NCBI GenBank assembly: GCA_024704765.1
Contig: JAKMXF010000323.1
Coordinates: 124,001 to 188,000 of the forward strand
Direction of reading: 5' to 3'
DNA from: Oopsacas minuta
Taxonomy: Eukaryota > Animalia > Porifera
Length of the DNA: 64,000 nt
The stretch's first letter is position 1. Every line of letters begins with the position of its first letter. The position numbers and the translations under genes are program-made. The notes below the pieces were generated by a model. It saw only the letters and a list, made by a program, of their open reading frames with translations, ran no database searches and was not told the origin of the DNA. Positions 26,041 through 39,000 of this stretch are shown one piece after another.

Positions 26041-28518
26041 TAATTAAGGTAATAACAGTAATGGAGGTCAAAATGATTATTTAAATGACATCATAATTAA
26101 TATTATAGAGTAAAATTTCGGAAAAGATAAGATAATGACTTGGTTCAGGCTATTTTAGGATAATATATCATTAAGCAATTATGGACAGCGAAACACAAGT
26201 AGCCTGAGTGAAGTAATACAAAGGACTGAAGTTTTGTAACAAAATATCCCCATTGTAAATCATTATGCAACAGACTGTATGTAATAATACATTTTGTTGT
26301 ATTGAAATACATATGCTTGGTTAGTGTATATTTGAACATTATGGATTTATGTTCGGAATTGATTGAAGAAACTTGAAAACCCCAATGGTTAATTGAAAGC
26401 AACAAAGTACTTTAGCCTGCCTTAGGAAAGTTTGATACTTGTACTTAAATTCACACCTATGAGGAAATTCTGAGGTATTGTTAGTTCTTGGTTTTTGGAA
26501 AGAAGACATTTTTGCCACTGCTCTTCCAATATACATGATAGATGGTTGAGAGTGAATAACCAGGTACCCAACAAAAGGTCATATGTCCTAACGTCATCAC
26601 TTTGAACAATGACAAACTCCTCATTGAATTATTAAGTCACCAAGAATGTATAAGAACATATAATTTGCAAATTTAGGAGTTCCAGGATTCCATAATACAC
26701 GAGGTACTAAGTGCCGAGACTACAAACTACAAGACACGTAAGTGCTCCAGAAATACCATAAAATGCCATTAAATTCAATTGGGATGGATGATGGAAAATC
26801 AAAATTACAATCAAAATTACAATCAAAATTAGCGTGGAAAAATTTTGTATGGGAAATATATTTCAAGGAAAATATCATGATCTTATGAGTAAATTCTAAT
26901 GTACATATAGGTGATATTCCATGGATATCTAGAATACATAATGATATGAATGAGAATCTTTGTGGGGAAAAGGGAGCCATAATATACATAAATACATATC
27001 TAGGACATATATAACAATAAATTTCCATGGCAAAATATGGTAAACCGATTAATTATCTCAAAGGTTCTTGAAAAAACACACCTTAGCTATAATCTGTGAT
27101 TTTCATCCAAAATGGAAAACAATCAGAATATATCGCATTATAAAGTGGGACTACAACCCCAAATCCCAATACTTCAGATTCGATATGTCAAAATTTCAGG
27201 ATTCTTTCGCATTGATGAAATATATGTAAGTAGTAAAGAAATATTAATTGGTATAGGGATTCATAGGTCATGGACCCCATAACTTGTGCACACATTAGGA
27301 GGGCTGTAGGTAGCAGTTAAGTCAACTCCTTCATACTCCGATCGACATTTAAGTGCACAGCACCTTCTGCTAAGCTGCATAATTCGCGTATAACAAGAAA
27401 TACGTGTTAAATGGATAATAAGTTAAAATGATCTGTTTGAACGTATAATACGTCTAGGTTAATCTCGGAATAGAAGATTTCTACATTTTTAGACTTAGAT
27501 ATCGCATTATAATTGGATCTACTATGCTGATATTTCTCATCAACAATTCAAAAACTTGGGTTTTCATTATATATTTTTGCAGAAATCATCCCAATAGAAG
27601 TTATGTAATCAAAGATTATAGATTGAAAGCATATTTTATACGTAATATGTCTTCATCAAAAGAAGTATCAAACAACTTAGATCATTTCCATACAAGTAGG
27701 TAGATATAACCTAAATAAATGTTTCTGTAATATTGGGGCTCCCAACAAGGGTGTGCTCTTAGAAAAATAATGGGGGATGCTCAATGGTAAACAACCATGG
27801 TTTAGAAGATTAAAAGAACCTAGGTAGCACACATCTGGTGCCAGGCAAATACCACCCAAGAAGAATAAGGTTTACTGACAATCTCGGGTTTACTAGAAGT
27901 TCAGCCATTATGGGGGTATCCACCCTACACCTTCCTAGAAGTGAGACCCTGAATATAGTTATTACACAATACAAGCTATAGTAGGCGTAACCCCGCCCAA
28001 TTAACACAAATTATATCAGTTATATTGAAGTAATTATCGCGGTTCCATGAGCTTTGATACAACGGTAGTTGACCGTAATAAATAATTCATAGAGCAAACA
28101 GTTGAATATACAATAAGATAAATATTTCAAAATAATAATAAATATATATTCTTTTAAACAGAATAATTAATATTCAACAGAAGCGCCTCCGCTCTTGGCT
28201 CTTGAAAGGTAAAATACTTTCTCTCTCGTATCCATGAATAGTTATACTCAACATTGAATTTCCAGCAATTCCATGCGTTACATAAACATATTTGGGGAGA
28301 AATTCAATCTAGCAAGGTGGGAATGTGTCAGGAATGCATCAACATTTTATTCACAAATTTGGTCATAACTTCATCAAGATGTACCTCTTTAAACCCCTAC
28401 TTTCATTACTTTGTGTATATGTAATATCTAGGTAAAAATATACTAACAAAATATAGGAACTTGAAAGAAGATTTTAAAAGATTGGCCTCCACCTTCCCTC
28501 AATTTCCTACCTGTGCAG

Positions 28519-28595
28519 GGATGGGTTCAGGGTAGTCGACGGCAGGTGAATGCGGACATGGGCAAAGTGGATGATAATCCTGATGCCTACCCCTT
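28519..28595 (+). CDS. GC-rich candidate exon inside the Mondo intron (strand not certain)
   Basis: Long pyrimidine tract cctccaccttccctcaatttcctacctgtgcag| precedes an open frame GWVQGSRRQVNADMGKVDDNPDAYPL|gtaaat. The minus strand also gives an AG/GT-bounded open frame. Confidence 0.35.
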
Positions 28596-29620
28596 GTAAA
28601 TTGTTCAAGAAAAAACTGTGCATAAACAGCAAAGTTGTCCTGAATGCGCTTTTAGATAGAGAGTAAATTCATTTAACAACTTTCTAAACAGCCTCACAAA
28701 CATGAAAAGATATACTGGAATAAATATTATTAGTAATGGAGGTTAATCAATTAGAAATGGACAGAAACAAATCTACAAGGCAGCTAATAATCATCACTAA
28801 AGCAACAATTGTTCCTAAAACAGTGTGAAACCATCTTAAATTTGGATCAAAAACCACAAATAAAAGTTGGCACTATATGAAGGGGTATGGAATTATGTTC
28901 TTTGATGAGTGTTTGTCAAAATCGCGTGTAATAGCTCCAATTTTTTAGTGTATTAGCAATTATACTACGCCCAAATAAATCAGGATGAATTGCTTATGAG
29001 TATGTAAAATGATAAAAAAACTACTGAAGGAATTTACTAAGTATTCATAAAGCTGTATAGCTTGCGAATGTTCCAAATTATATTTACAGGAATAAACTAA
29101 ACATTCTACCTTCGTCCAGATCAACTATAGATTCCTTGCCAATATAGGAAGATAGTGGTTTTGGTGATGTAATGTTTGGATGATATAACACCTATTTCAC
29201 CATATCTCCAAAATACTCCTCCAATCAAGTAGCCTCCATTCGAACAGAATTAAGCCATTTCAATAGTACTGATCAACCCCACCACATTGACCATAAGATA
29301 TTAGTGGTATATAACCGAAATATATACCAGAGACAAAATGTTATAAATACAATTCACAGGGACCTGTTTGGTTCCAACGAAGGGAATACTTTAAGTGAGA
29401 AACAACAACATTTTGATTCATTAGATGAAGTAGGTGAAGTTGAACATTCATGACTACAACAGTAATATACCATTCTTGTAAGTGTAAAATATATGAAAAA
29501 ACCTATCCTAACAAGCGTAAACAGTATAGATTCTATCAATGACTACTTCAAAATTCTCACAAATTCTGCATCCCATTTTATATTCCGTCTGTCGGAGCGA
29601 TTTAAGGTACATATTTATAG

Positions 29621-30471
29621 CATCCCCTCTGACAAGGAGTTCCATCAAACTGGCGCAGTCATTGGCAGAGGTGACTATTAAGCTTGTAAACAACGAAAAA
29701 TCACTTAAGTCAGGAGTTGGGAGGATAAACAAGTGTCTCGATCCTCATATCATTGATGTATGCGGCGAGCTGTCTAGTTGGTAACTAGTTCTAGGTCGAC
29801 CTTCAATGTAGTGTTTGTTCGCTTTAGCAAGCAGCTGAGTACAGTATAAATTCCTATCATATTCTGCGCTTTCGCAGCGCAAACTTGAGCCATAGCGTAC
29901 ATTACCTTCTCGGCACTGAAGTGGGAATGCGAGTCTTTAGGCCGTCGTTAGTCAAGATACTGCCAACACTTGGGTTTGCTCTGATTTGGTGAGGGGAAAT
30001 ATATCTAGGCTTCGGAAGACCATAACCTCATACAGCCTCCGTACATCACATTTTCAACCTATTCAAGGAAATTTACAACATTCTATCATGTCTTTCTTTC
30101 AACTGGGCCTCTGAAGACTATATGGCCCACCGAGCGCACACTATTATAACTGCAAGATCTTCACTCAGACAGTTGGGACCTGATATATCAAGGATCACTT
30201 GGAAAAAACTCGTTTACCAACGCAATTGAATAATCACACGTGGCAGATCTAGGCCTACCAGTAGGAGACGTTCATTTTCATAATGTGGTATGAACAAAAC
30301 TTGGTCTCAATAAAGTTGCACAAGATAATTGTGAATGTTTGTGTTAGGGTTTTCAGAACTGCACTAAATTTGATGAACACTTTTCCGGAAACTAAAACAA
30401 TGCTTAAGAGGCAATCGACAAAGGGTGATTCTGAAAATATTCTCAATTTCTCGTCATTAGCTCTGGATTAA
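29621..30471 (+). CDS. three phase-compatible candidate exons (29621-29757, 29828-29988, 30348-30471) ending in a stop; 3' end of an antisense gene nested in the Mondo intron
   Basis: Joined frame ASPLTRSSIKLAQSLAEVTIKLVNNEKSLKSGVGRINKCLDPHIID|QAAEYSINSYHILRFRSANLSHSVHYLLGTEVGMRVFRPSLVKILPTLGFALIW|VFRTALNLMNTFPETKTMLKRQSTKGDSENILNFSSLALD*. The middle exon's boundaries coincide with flanking in-frame stops. Confidence 0.45.
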
Positions 30472-30924
30472 GGGAAATTGTCATTGCATTTTGCAAATAT
30501 CATGTTAATTTCTCGAGAATTCTATGGCTCTAGGAATTCTAAGCATATACCATAAATATATTTAATACTAATGCTTCCGACAAGTATACTTTATATGCAA
30601 AATATTCATTAAGATAAGTGATTAGACCTATTGTATCAATGATATTAGAATTTCCAAGTAGTCAACCAAATAACCTAACACTCAAAATAGAGTTATACCT
30701 AAATTCACTGCTCCAACTATTATGTTACGATTGGTTTTCTTTTCGGGACTAAGAGATAATGTGTAATAATACTAGATTCTAAAAACCACTGCTCAGCCAA
30801 AATACATGATAGAAATTTGAAATTTGAATCATAGGTACCACTAAATGTGACAAATGTCTTGAAATCATGATTCTGATCAAAGCCTAACTCATCATAACTG
30901 TAAAAATATCAAGGAATAAGCGCT

Positions 30925-30987
30925 GATTCGCTTGCTAGATCATGGAAGGGGTATTATATTGTCGTACAGCGACCTAGCAAGCGAAGC
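30925..30987. repeat. short inverted repeat / hairpin
   Basis: Perfect 12-bp arms ttcgcttgctag (30927-30938) and ctagcaagcgaa (30974-30985), extending to 15/17 matches. Confidence 0.75.
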
Positions 30988-31527
30988 TAGCAGGAAAATA
31001 TATTCTTGGAAAATGCGTTACTATGCTGGATTCAAGTAAAAGGAAATGGATTCGAAACATTCCGGGGTTTGAGCATGGCATTCCGCATATATGATGGTGG
31101 TTAAGTCGATAGCACAAAAAAACAGGCTATGACAACCTGAAAATAAATGATTATCATACAAAATATAGAACAAAATGTTATCATAGCCATAATATAATAT
31201 TCCTGCAAAAATGAAACATTCATGCGTTCAAATGAAATCTACATTAATATTCAGAAATAAGTTATATAAAAAACGAAATATTCCAAAAAATACAAAAGAA
31301 AGTTATTGGAAAATTGGAAAAGAATTTAGAAGTGTCTTTCGATGCCAAATATGCAACAAAAACAAAAGTCGTAAATTTTGATACTATGAAATAAATGGAA
31401 AATAGGGTATATTTTCACCTAAAAGATAACACTATTTTAGTGTGTCTGAAACATACCCCGAGCCTAAACAACCATCATATTTGGAAAACATGACCGTGTA
31501 TATAAGGTATCAAAAACAATGTTTATA

Positions 31528-32917
31528 CAGTCTGTCAACTTGAAATTGGGAAAATATTTTTCGATGTTAGAATGTTCCTAATTGCATTTTCAAATTGGCT
31601 ATCGTATTATATTGATAGTTTGTGTTTTTCAACTATTTCTAGCCATTTCTTAGCCAACTGAACTTCTCTAGCTGACTGTGGTTACAAAATATTTCAATTT
31701 ATACTTAGTTACTAATCAAATATTCTAAATAAATATTTATCACTTGAATTTCTCGCAACACATCTATTTCTTCGCTAATAATTCTTTACGTTCATCAATT
31801 CAAAACCTTAAAATGAAAGAGCAAGAACAGCGTAACAATATCAAGATACTTTTTGACACAGAAATCACGAATTGTATGGAATTATCTCGAAGAACTGGAA
31901 TTCCAAAAAGTACAGTTTATCGCACTGTTTACAAATTGAGGAATGCTGAATCCATTGATAGAAAGATTGGTTCCAGGAAACAGCGTCAGATCAAAGCAAA
32001 TAACGCTAGATCACTTGTTAGTTTGGCAATCAACAATCCTAGGTTATCTGTGAGGAAGTTTACTTGCAAATTTAACAAAAGGCGGGGTCTATCGTTCTCA
32101 CACGAGGCTGTAAGGATTGAGATGAAGCTGCGTGGCTTCACTCGCAAGGTTGCTAGAAAGATTCCGATGCTTACACAAACCCATAAGGCTTATCGTGTCG
32201 ATTGGGCTAAGTCTAACAGATGTAGAGATTGGGAGAAAGTGATATTTAGCGATAGCGATGAGATGTCCATTTGGCTAGCTGGTGGCAGAGTATGTGTCTG
32301 GTGTAAAGGTGATTCGAAACCAGTAAAACCCAGCACGAAACACTCTCCTAAATTGCATGTTTGGGGAGCGTTTTCAGCACGTGGAACGTTTCCTATCAAG
32401 GTTTTCAGAGAAAATCTCACCGAGCGACTTTACTGCGACATTCTGCACGAATGTTTAGTAGAACAAGCAAGTGTCTTGTACCCTAATAGATGGGTTTTGC
32501 AGGAAGACAACGATCCCAAACACACGTGCAACCTTGCTAAAGGATACATGGAGGAGAAAGGGATACATAGGATGGATTGGCCTGCTTGGAGTCCGGATTT
32601 GAATCCGATCGAGAACCTCTGGTCGTGGATCAAGAGACAAATCGATTTGAAGTCACCACGAAATTTAAATGAGCTGGAAAGGGAGCTAAATGAAGTATGG
32701 AATTCTTTAGAACATGAATTTTTACGTCCATTTTGGTTATCGATGCCAAAAAGAGTCAAATTACTACGAAAAAGTAACGGAAATAAGATAAATTATTAGG
32801 CCAACTATATTATTGATTGTTTAAGGATTCTAATAACATATTTAGAATAGAAATACACTAAATGCACTTGCAGCTAGGGAAAAACAAAGATCTTCCCAAT
32901 TTCAAGTTGACAGACTG
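31528..32917 (+). mobile_element. Tc1 (DD34E) transposon, full-length with perfect TIRs (1390 bp)
   Basis: 25-bp perfect TIRs cagtctgtcaacttgaaattgggaa / ttcccaatttcaagttgacagactg with TA duplication on both sides. Confidence 0.97.
31813..32799 (+). CDS. intact Tc1 transposase (328 aa from the first ATG; the 351-aa ORF starts at TTG 31744)
   Basis: Paired-like HTH N-terminus, VIFSDSDE, QEDNDPKH and WSPDLNPIENLW with D-to-E spacing of 34. No stops or frameshifts. Confidence 0.95.
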   Translation: MKEQEQRNNIKILFDTEITNCMELSRRTGIPKSTVYRTVYKLRNAESIDRKIGSRKQRQIKANNARSLVSLAINNPRLSVRKFTCKFNKRRGLSFSHEAVRIEMKLRGFTRKVARKIPMLTQTHKAYRVDWAKSNRCRDWEKVIFSDSDEMSIWLAGGRVCVWCKGDSKPVKPSTKHSPKLHVWGAFSARGTFPIKVFRENLTERLYCDILHECLVEQASVLYPNRWVLQEDNDPKHTCNLAKGYMEEKGIHRMDWPAWSPDLNPIENLWSWIKRQIDLKSPRNLNELERELNEVWNSLEHEFLRPFWLSMPKRVKLLRKSNGNKINY

Positions 32918-33061
32918 TAGTATAACATAGAATTCTATGAGGATATTTTGAAATCGAGTTAAGGCAAAAATAAAAATACCCTGCAAATCAGAATCTGTCA
33001 TCTATATCATATCGAAAATGCATGTTATCTGTGGATCTATCAAATTTTGATGTCAAGAATA

Positions 33062-34395
33062 CAGAAAGGGTATTCATTTAATTCGTAACTCTTATAATAT
33101 TTGTATTATATAAGTGAAATAGGCCTCAAATACTACTATATATGTTCAAAGTAGTCTCCCTTGTGCTCAACTACAAGCTAAAAACGCTCTATCCACTTCA
33201 AAAATGTTTTCTTATACTCTTCTTGTGGTATGTCTCTGAGGTACCGTTGGATGGCCCCTCCAATTTGCATCCGTTCTCCAAAAAATTATACCTGCTAGGC
33301 GCTTTTTGAGCCCATCGAACAGCCAAAAGTCGCACGGTACTAGATCAGGGCTATAGGGTGGATGTTGCAATTCCTCAAGACCTATAGAAGCAATCTTTTC
33401 CTTCACTTTCTTAGATTTGTGCGGTCTGGCATTATCATGCAAAAATTTGATTCTTCTAAGACCCGTGGCTGGCAGACGTTCAATATAATGTTTTTCGATT
33501 CCCGGAAGAACAATTGTTGCATAAAAGTGCCCGGTAACTGATTGTCCCTTAGGAGCACAGATTTGGTAGACTGGACCATGTGAATCAAAAATATGGTGTA
33601 CATTACTTTGGTGGCCCAATGATCCGATCTTGGTAGTACTGGGGTTGAACTCCCTTTTACAATACATACCTTGTTCTGTCCTTTGCTAGTTGGCTCTGAA
33701 TATCTTATTCACCTCTCATCACAGGCACATATTTCAAATAGTCTCCTCTCATCACATTGGTTATACTTTTCAAGCAGTTTTTTGCAATTCTCACCTAGAT
33801 CTTCTTTTGAGGCTGATTCAACAAATGTGGGACCCACCGTGAGCAAACCTTGGACATATCAAGATGCTTGGTCAGAATTGCATAAACACTTCCCGTTGAC
33901 AAGGTTAGGCTGGTAGCTAACTGCTCTATCGTAATATGGGGATCAGAGTCACACATTTCAGCTACAAGAGCAATATTGTTTGCAGTGGTAGCAATTATAG
34001 GTTGCCCTAACCGAGGATCACCTTCAACCGACACCCCACCTTCACGATAACGTAGACTCCACTTCTTAACAGTTGATTCCGAACCGGCCTCCCCACCATA
34101 TACCTATACTAAATCTTGGTGGATATTCCTTGGCATATCGCCGAGTAATGAGCGGATTTGATGAATGCTTTTTGTTCAAGTAGAAATTCATTAGATATTG
34201 AAGCCATAAATTCTCTGTGGTTGCTATAAACTATCTTCAAAAGGGTGTATCTCAAAAAATATTAGATCAATCTCCACAAAGTGTAGTGTCCTAAATAGAC
34301 AAAATCTAAGCTATAAACCAGATGAAAATAGTAAATACATGTGGTTAAACAATTATAGCAATAGCTGGGGTTACGAACTAATTGAAATCCCTTTG
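33062..34395 (-). mobile_element. mariner transposon, full-length, degenerate (1334 bp)
   Basis: Imperfect TIRs cagaaagggtattcatttaattcgtaactc / gggttacgaactaattgaaatccctttg flanked by TA. Motifs SRWVPHLL, LHDNARPH and HPPYSPDLVPCDFWLF. Confidence 0.9.
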
Positions 34396-37066
34396 TATTA
34401 TTGACTTCAAGAAGTCAGAAATTTTGGTCCTATTGGGATTAAAGGTTATCACTAACTAACAGGGTTGTGGACCTATGATTTCCTAAAGAATGGTAGAATG
34501 ATGGGGAGAACTTGAAAAGTAGTGATTTCGATTATTTTCAATGATGTGTGAAAAAATATACATATGCATTAAATTATGTACATCGAAAATATTTCGATTT
34601 TCTGCCAGAATTAATTTTGAGAATCTATAAATTGAATTCCACTAAAATTACATGTTTTGACACTGCTTTACATTTTACAAACATGATTGAGGGTTAATGA
34701 TGCAATGAGAGGCTATCAGTAATCCTTACAAATGTTATCGAATCACCCACCAGATCCATACTCTTGAATTCTCAAAATTAGATGGGTGTATTGAACATAT
34801 TTGTAGATTTTAATTCACTAGCAGTGCAGGAATGTGTCGGGAATGTGACGACCTTTCATACTCAAACTTTTCCCTACCGTCATCTAGTGAACCCTCGTTC
34901 GACGTTGCTAGGCTAGCTGAGTCTAGTTCAGCACACATCGTACTTTCAAATTATCTGTAAACACAATTTTACCAGATGTTCATCTGCAGTCTCCCAATTT
35001 GTTGTATATTTCTTATATACAGTAGAGTTTAGTTAATATGAACACGGTTAAGACATACTCCATCCAGATTAAGGAGTAAAGCTTTGTACACTCTATCAGT
35101 TCCCGTTAATGCCATTTATATGTAAACAAATTCGGATAATACGTCTCCGAATAAGGGGTAGGAATATTTGCAGTCCAATGATGTACATATAAACAAGACT
35201 TTACTGTATTTTACATAAATCTACAATACCATCATTTGCTTTGTCATTGAGAAGTAGCAATACATTAATTCATTTACCAAATACTGTGATTTCAGTAACT
35301 GACCCAAATTTTAAACAAACATGTCGAGAAAAATGTAATTGGGATGGTGTATATTACCTAAATCTCATGGTTTATCCTGAAAGATAACTCGTTGCATGGA
35401 AACAACCAATATTCTACTCAGCGGGAACTCGTTTAATTGCTTCAAACGGATACATCTTATAGTATGAGAGAATCAATAGAATTCCCACTGATAACGACAA
35501 GATGTTGGAAATATAGTGTATCCAAAATAGCATTATTCTCTCGACATTTTTTGCATAAATATTTGGATCAGTTACGAAGATTTACACATTGAGATCAATG
35601 AATCAATTTATAACTACAAATCATCATCTAAACTAATGAAAAATGATGTTTCATGATAATCGGAAATAATGATTGAGAAAATTGAGGGATCGCGGAGGTC
35701 AATCTAGTAAAGAGTGTTTGGAGAAAATTTAGAGGTCGATATGTGCACAACTAAACTCTGTTAGCCCAATTGCGAGGGACCATTCAATGGGGTTAGGACA
35801 AAAGTTTTACATCCACATATATGGTCAACTGACCCATTAAATTCGTGAAATTTGATGCTGAGTACGATTATGGTGTTAACAGATGATTCGATGAGATAAA
35901 TAAAGGTTGACCAATGGGGAATGTATCGGAGAATTACCAGACACAGCAAAGAGTAGACGCATTCGTTAATTCAAATCAAAATCAGTTGTATTTTTCGAAT
36001 TCTCTGATGTCAAATTAGTAGAAAATAATACAATGCATATTTTACTGGGATCTGAACCATAAATATAGCAGTATATTGTGGGTCATTTGACATTCAAAAA
36101 AGAAAAATATTTTTCAAACAAATTCTTCAGCTCATGATGATTGTTGTAAAGTTCTCGTAAGACAGTAGATGATTGATAGTTAATGGATATTGAGAAAATA
36201 TACAAGATAGCATGAACTTGTTTCATAATTTTTTAGCCACAATTAATCTGATATTCAATCATTTTGACCCTAAGTGGATATGGTCAACGAAAAGTAAATA
36301 TTTTAATTCATTTTTGGTTGAAAGTGTAGCTTGAGATCGTATTATATATATTCACTCAAAGTATTTGAAAATGATCAAATTACTTTTAGACCCCCAGGGT
36401 CTTGGCAAACTAAACTTTCGTGACATCACATGGGAGGGGAACAATAATTCGGATGAAATATAGAGTGTGAAAATATATATATTTTCATCATGACGATATT
36501 AGTAGTTTACAGCATTAGTATATATTTAAGGAGTAGACTGAACTTAAAATAAATTCGTATTCCACAATATTATAAAAGTTTAATCAATCAATAGGCATGA
36601 TACATACTTAACAAAAATATAATTCAAATATTATACTCCATAAATAGTATATCCGAAAGAAGACATTACTTTATAACTGACAAAAGGTATGTTTCTAATA
36701 TGCCCGTTATTCGGAGGCTCACAGAAACAGGGAAATCCTGATATAAGTTAGCTTTAGATATGTAATGGTAAATTTTACTTGGGGCCGAATGAATATGCTA
36801 CATAATTGTAGAAATGGAACTCAGTAGTTCAGAAAAACTAAATTCTTTTCGAAATGTGTAAATATATTTTCTTAGTAATCAGAAATTTAGTGAAATTCAT
36901 TACTCAATATATATTATTTCTATTCAGCTGGTTTGTATTAAACAATATCACTCAGCAGGAGCGAAATAGCGTCTTGTGGCAGCCGGGGAAAACGTTCTCA
37001 AAAACGGCCCACAGCGATTGTCAGGCAAGGGCCAGGGACCTAATAAAATGTATCATTTGAGGGTAG

Positions 37067-37875
37067 ATCCCATTAATTGATCAAAATGGTGAAATATTAA
37101 ATGATCTAAAACCATTGCCACACAAAAATCGTAATCATAAAGTTGGAACGTTTCTGAGGTACAGTAGAGACCATGGATGACGACTGTTTCATCAATATCC
37201 ACTTATTACTCGATAATCGTAAAAAATTATGGTTAAATATGGGTGACGAATATATAGTATGCACCCAACTTCGGATTTCATTGGAAAAATTGGATCAAAT
37301 AGTATTACAAGAGAATAGAAATTGGGTGTATACAATGAATACTGACTATACAGATTTCAACCTAATTTCAAAGATTATTGTATTACAAGTTGATGTTGCA
37401 AAATAATCGTAATATAAGGTTTCTATTATAATTCAGAAAGTGCCAACTATATGATAAGAATTATTTGTATCTGTGTAGAACGGTTGTAGAACGGCCTCTA
37501 TAGTAATATAGAAATAAAGTATTCGCTTTGGACCTAACATTCAGTCCCAATTTTGTTTTAGAAAAATTCAAATTAATTACGTATATGGAAAGGGAGAAGG
37601 TTCGAAAAGTAATTGTAATTGTAGTAAAGTACTTTGAAAGACTTGTAATTGTACTTATGCATCATATATCATTAAAATTTGCCCAAAAGTTAATTTGGGC
37701 AGATTTAAGAGGTTCCCATGATGGAGTTGAATTTAAATTTATGAGACATATGACTAGAGATTTTATAAACACATGTGAACAAATTTCTAGGAAAGGAATT
37801 TGTTCACAGATTGACCAAATATTTGATAAAGTTTCTGACTTAGTGAAAAGGTCGACGTATAGCCAATATAAATAA
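37067..37875 (+). CDS. candidate exons/ORFs of an unidentified gene or pseudogene inside the Mondo intron
   Basis: Exon-like IPLIDQNGEILNDLKPLPHKNRNHKVGTFLR (37067-37158), followed by 77-aa (37173-37406) and 115-aa (37528-37875) ORFs. These are long for this AT content and not transposase-like. Confidence 0.35.
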
Positions 37876-39000
37876 CTAGACAAAGTTATACCAATTTTTT
37901 TGTGATCACTCTGAAGCATTATTCGTAACTCAAAAATGAAGATATGTGGAAAATTTAGAACCAAGTCACTTTGGTAGGAAATAGTTATAAGTTTATTAGA
38001 AGTCGCAGATACACTATAGATTGTCTATTGTGATTTGAGAATGATGACAACGTTTATTGAGTTATAATTGGAATTCAAAAATAAATCATGGTCTATAAGT
38101 AAAGAAGGAGCGAAATTTATCACGAATTTTCATAAAATACTTCCGCGCACCAAAGATAAAGTAGTGACCATGAATGACATCTTTTTACCGACATTCAGCA
38201 ATAACTTGCCAACCATTAATGTTAAGATTAAATCATCGTACACCCTAGGATATTTGCCAAATTTATCACATTCTTGCCCATTCCACCCATAATTGTGTGT
38301 ACACCCCGGAATTGGCAGCACCCCCTTCAGAAATGCGGCCCTTGTAAATGATAGGGAACACTGTAGCAATATTATTGTACTATATACGCAAATACAAATA
38401 GCCTGATATTACATTATGATATTCTATGTAAATATCCTGCGTAGTCAACAATAATATATAAATAAGGTAATCTTCAAGATTGCGTCATATTCATTAGTGA
38501 TATCATGTTGAAATGTATTGTTAGGGTATGGGAAGTCGGCGATTTAATATATGATTGAGGGATGATTTTACCATAAAATTAATGATTATCAAGTTAGCGG
38601 TGAACTCTGGAAGCGGGCCATTTATCATGACAAATTTTGGTGTTTTGTATGAATACATTCTGAGGACCCATAGTAAAATTTGATGTACATGTAATAATCG
38701 ACTCTTTAAAGAGCATACTAATTGAGTGTTTTGAAAATAAATTCTCTAATAATATAATCTGTCATGTGAGGCCATTTAGTCATGAATATTTTAGTAGAAA
38801 TTGATCGTGGATATAGTTAATAATCAGCAATACATTAAGCCGGGGAAAAGTGTGCCATTTTGAAACTAGAAGAAATGATAAGATGCCCTATATAAATTGC
38901 ACATATCGCTGTTCTTGGTCCAGAATTTCAATGGACTATCATTGCTTAGTATATAGAATGCTATGATTTAAGTATTTACAAGATATCAAAGAATGGAGTA

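Noticed and set aside
26795-26832. 12-bp tandem repeat caaaattacaat (about 2.5 copies) and the ORF 26720-27028 containing it
   Set aside because: An ordinary slippage repeat; the ORF is low-complexity with no splice or homology support.
27677-27859. LLNHGCLP resembling the SET-domain NHSC motif
   Set aside because: No other SET motifs, and no supported exon structure.
28519-28595. NPDAYPL resembling bacterial PstS phosphate-binding proteins
   Set aside because: Only a 6-7 residue match; the expected continuation is absent and no other PstS motifs were seen nearby.
32190-32759. Minus-strand ORFs of 61-109 aa
   Set aside because: They are antisense shadows of the intact Tc1 transposase; the same applies to similar ORFs inside the other elements.
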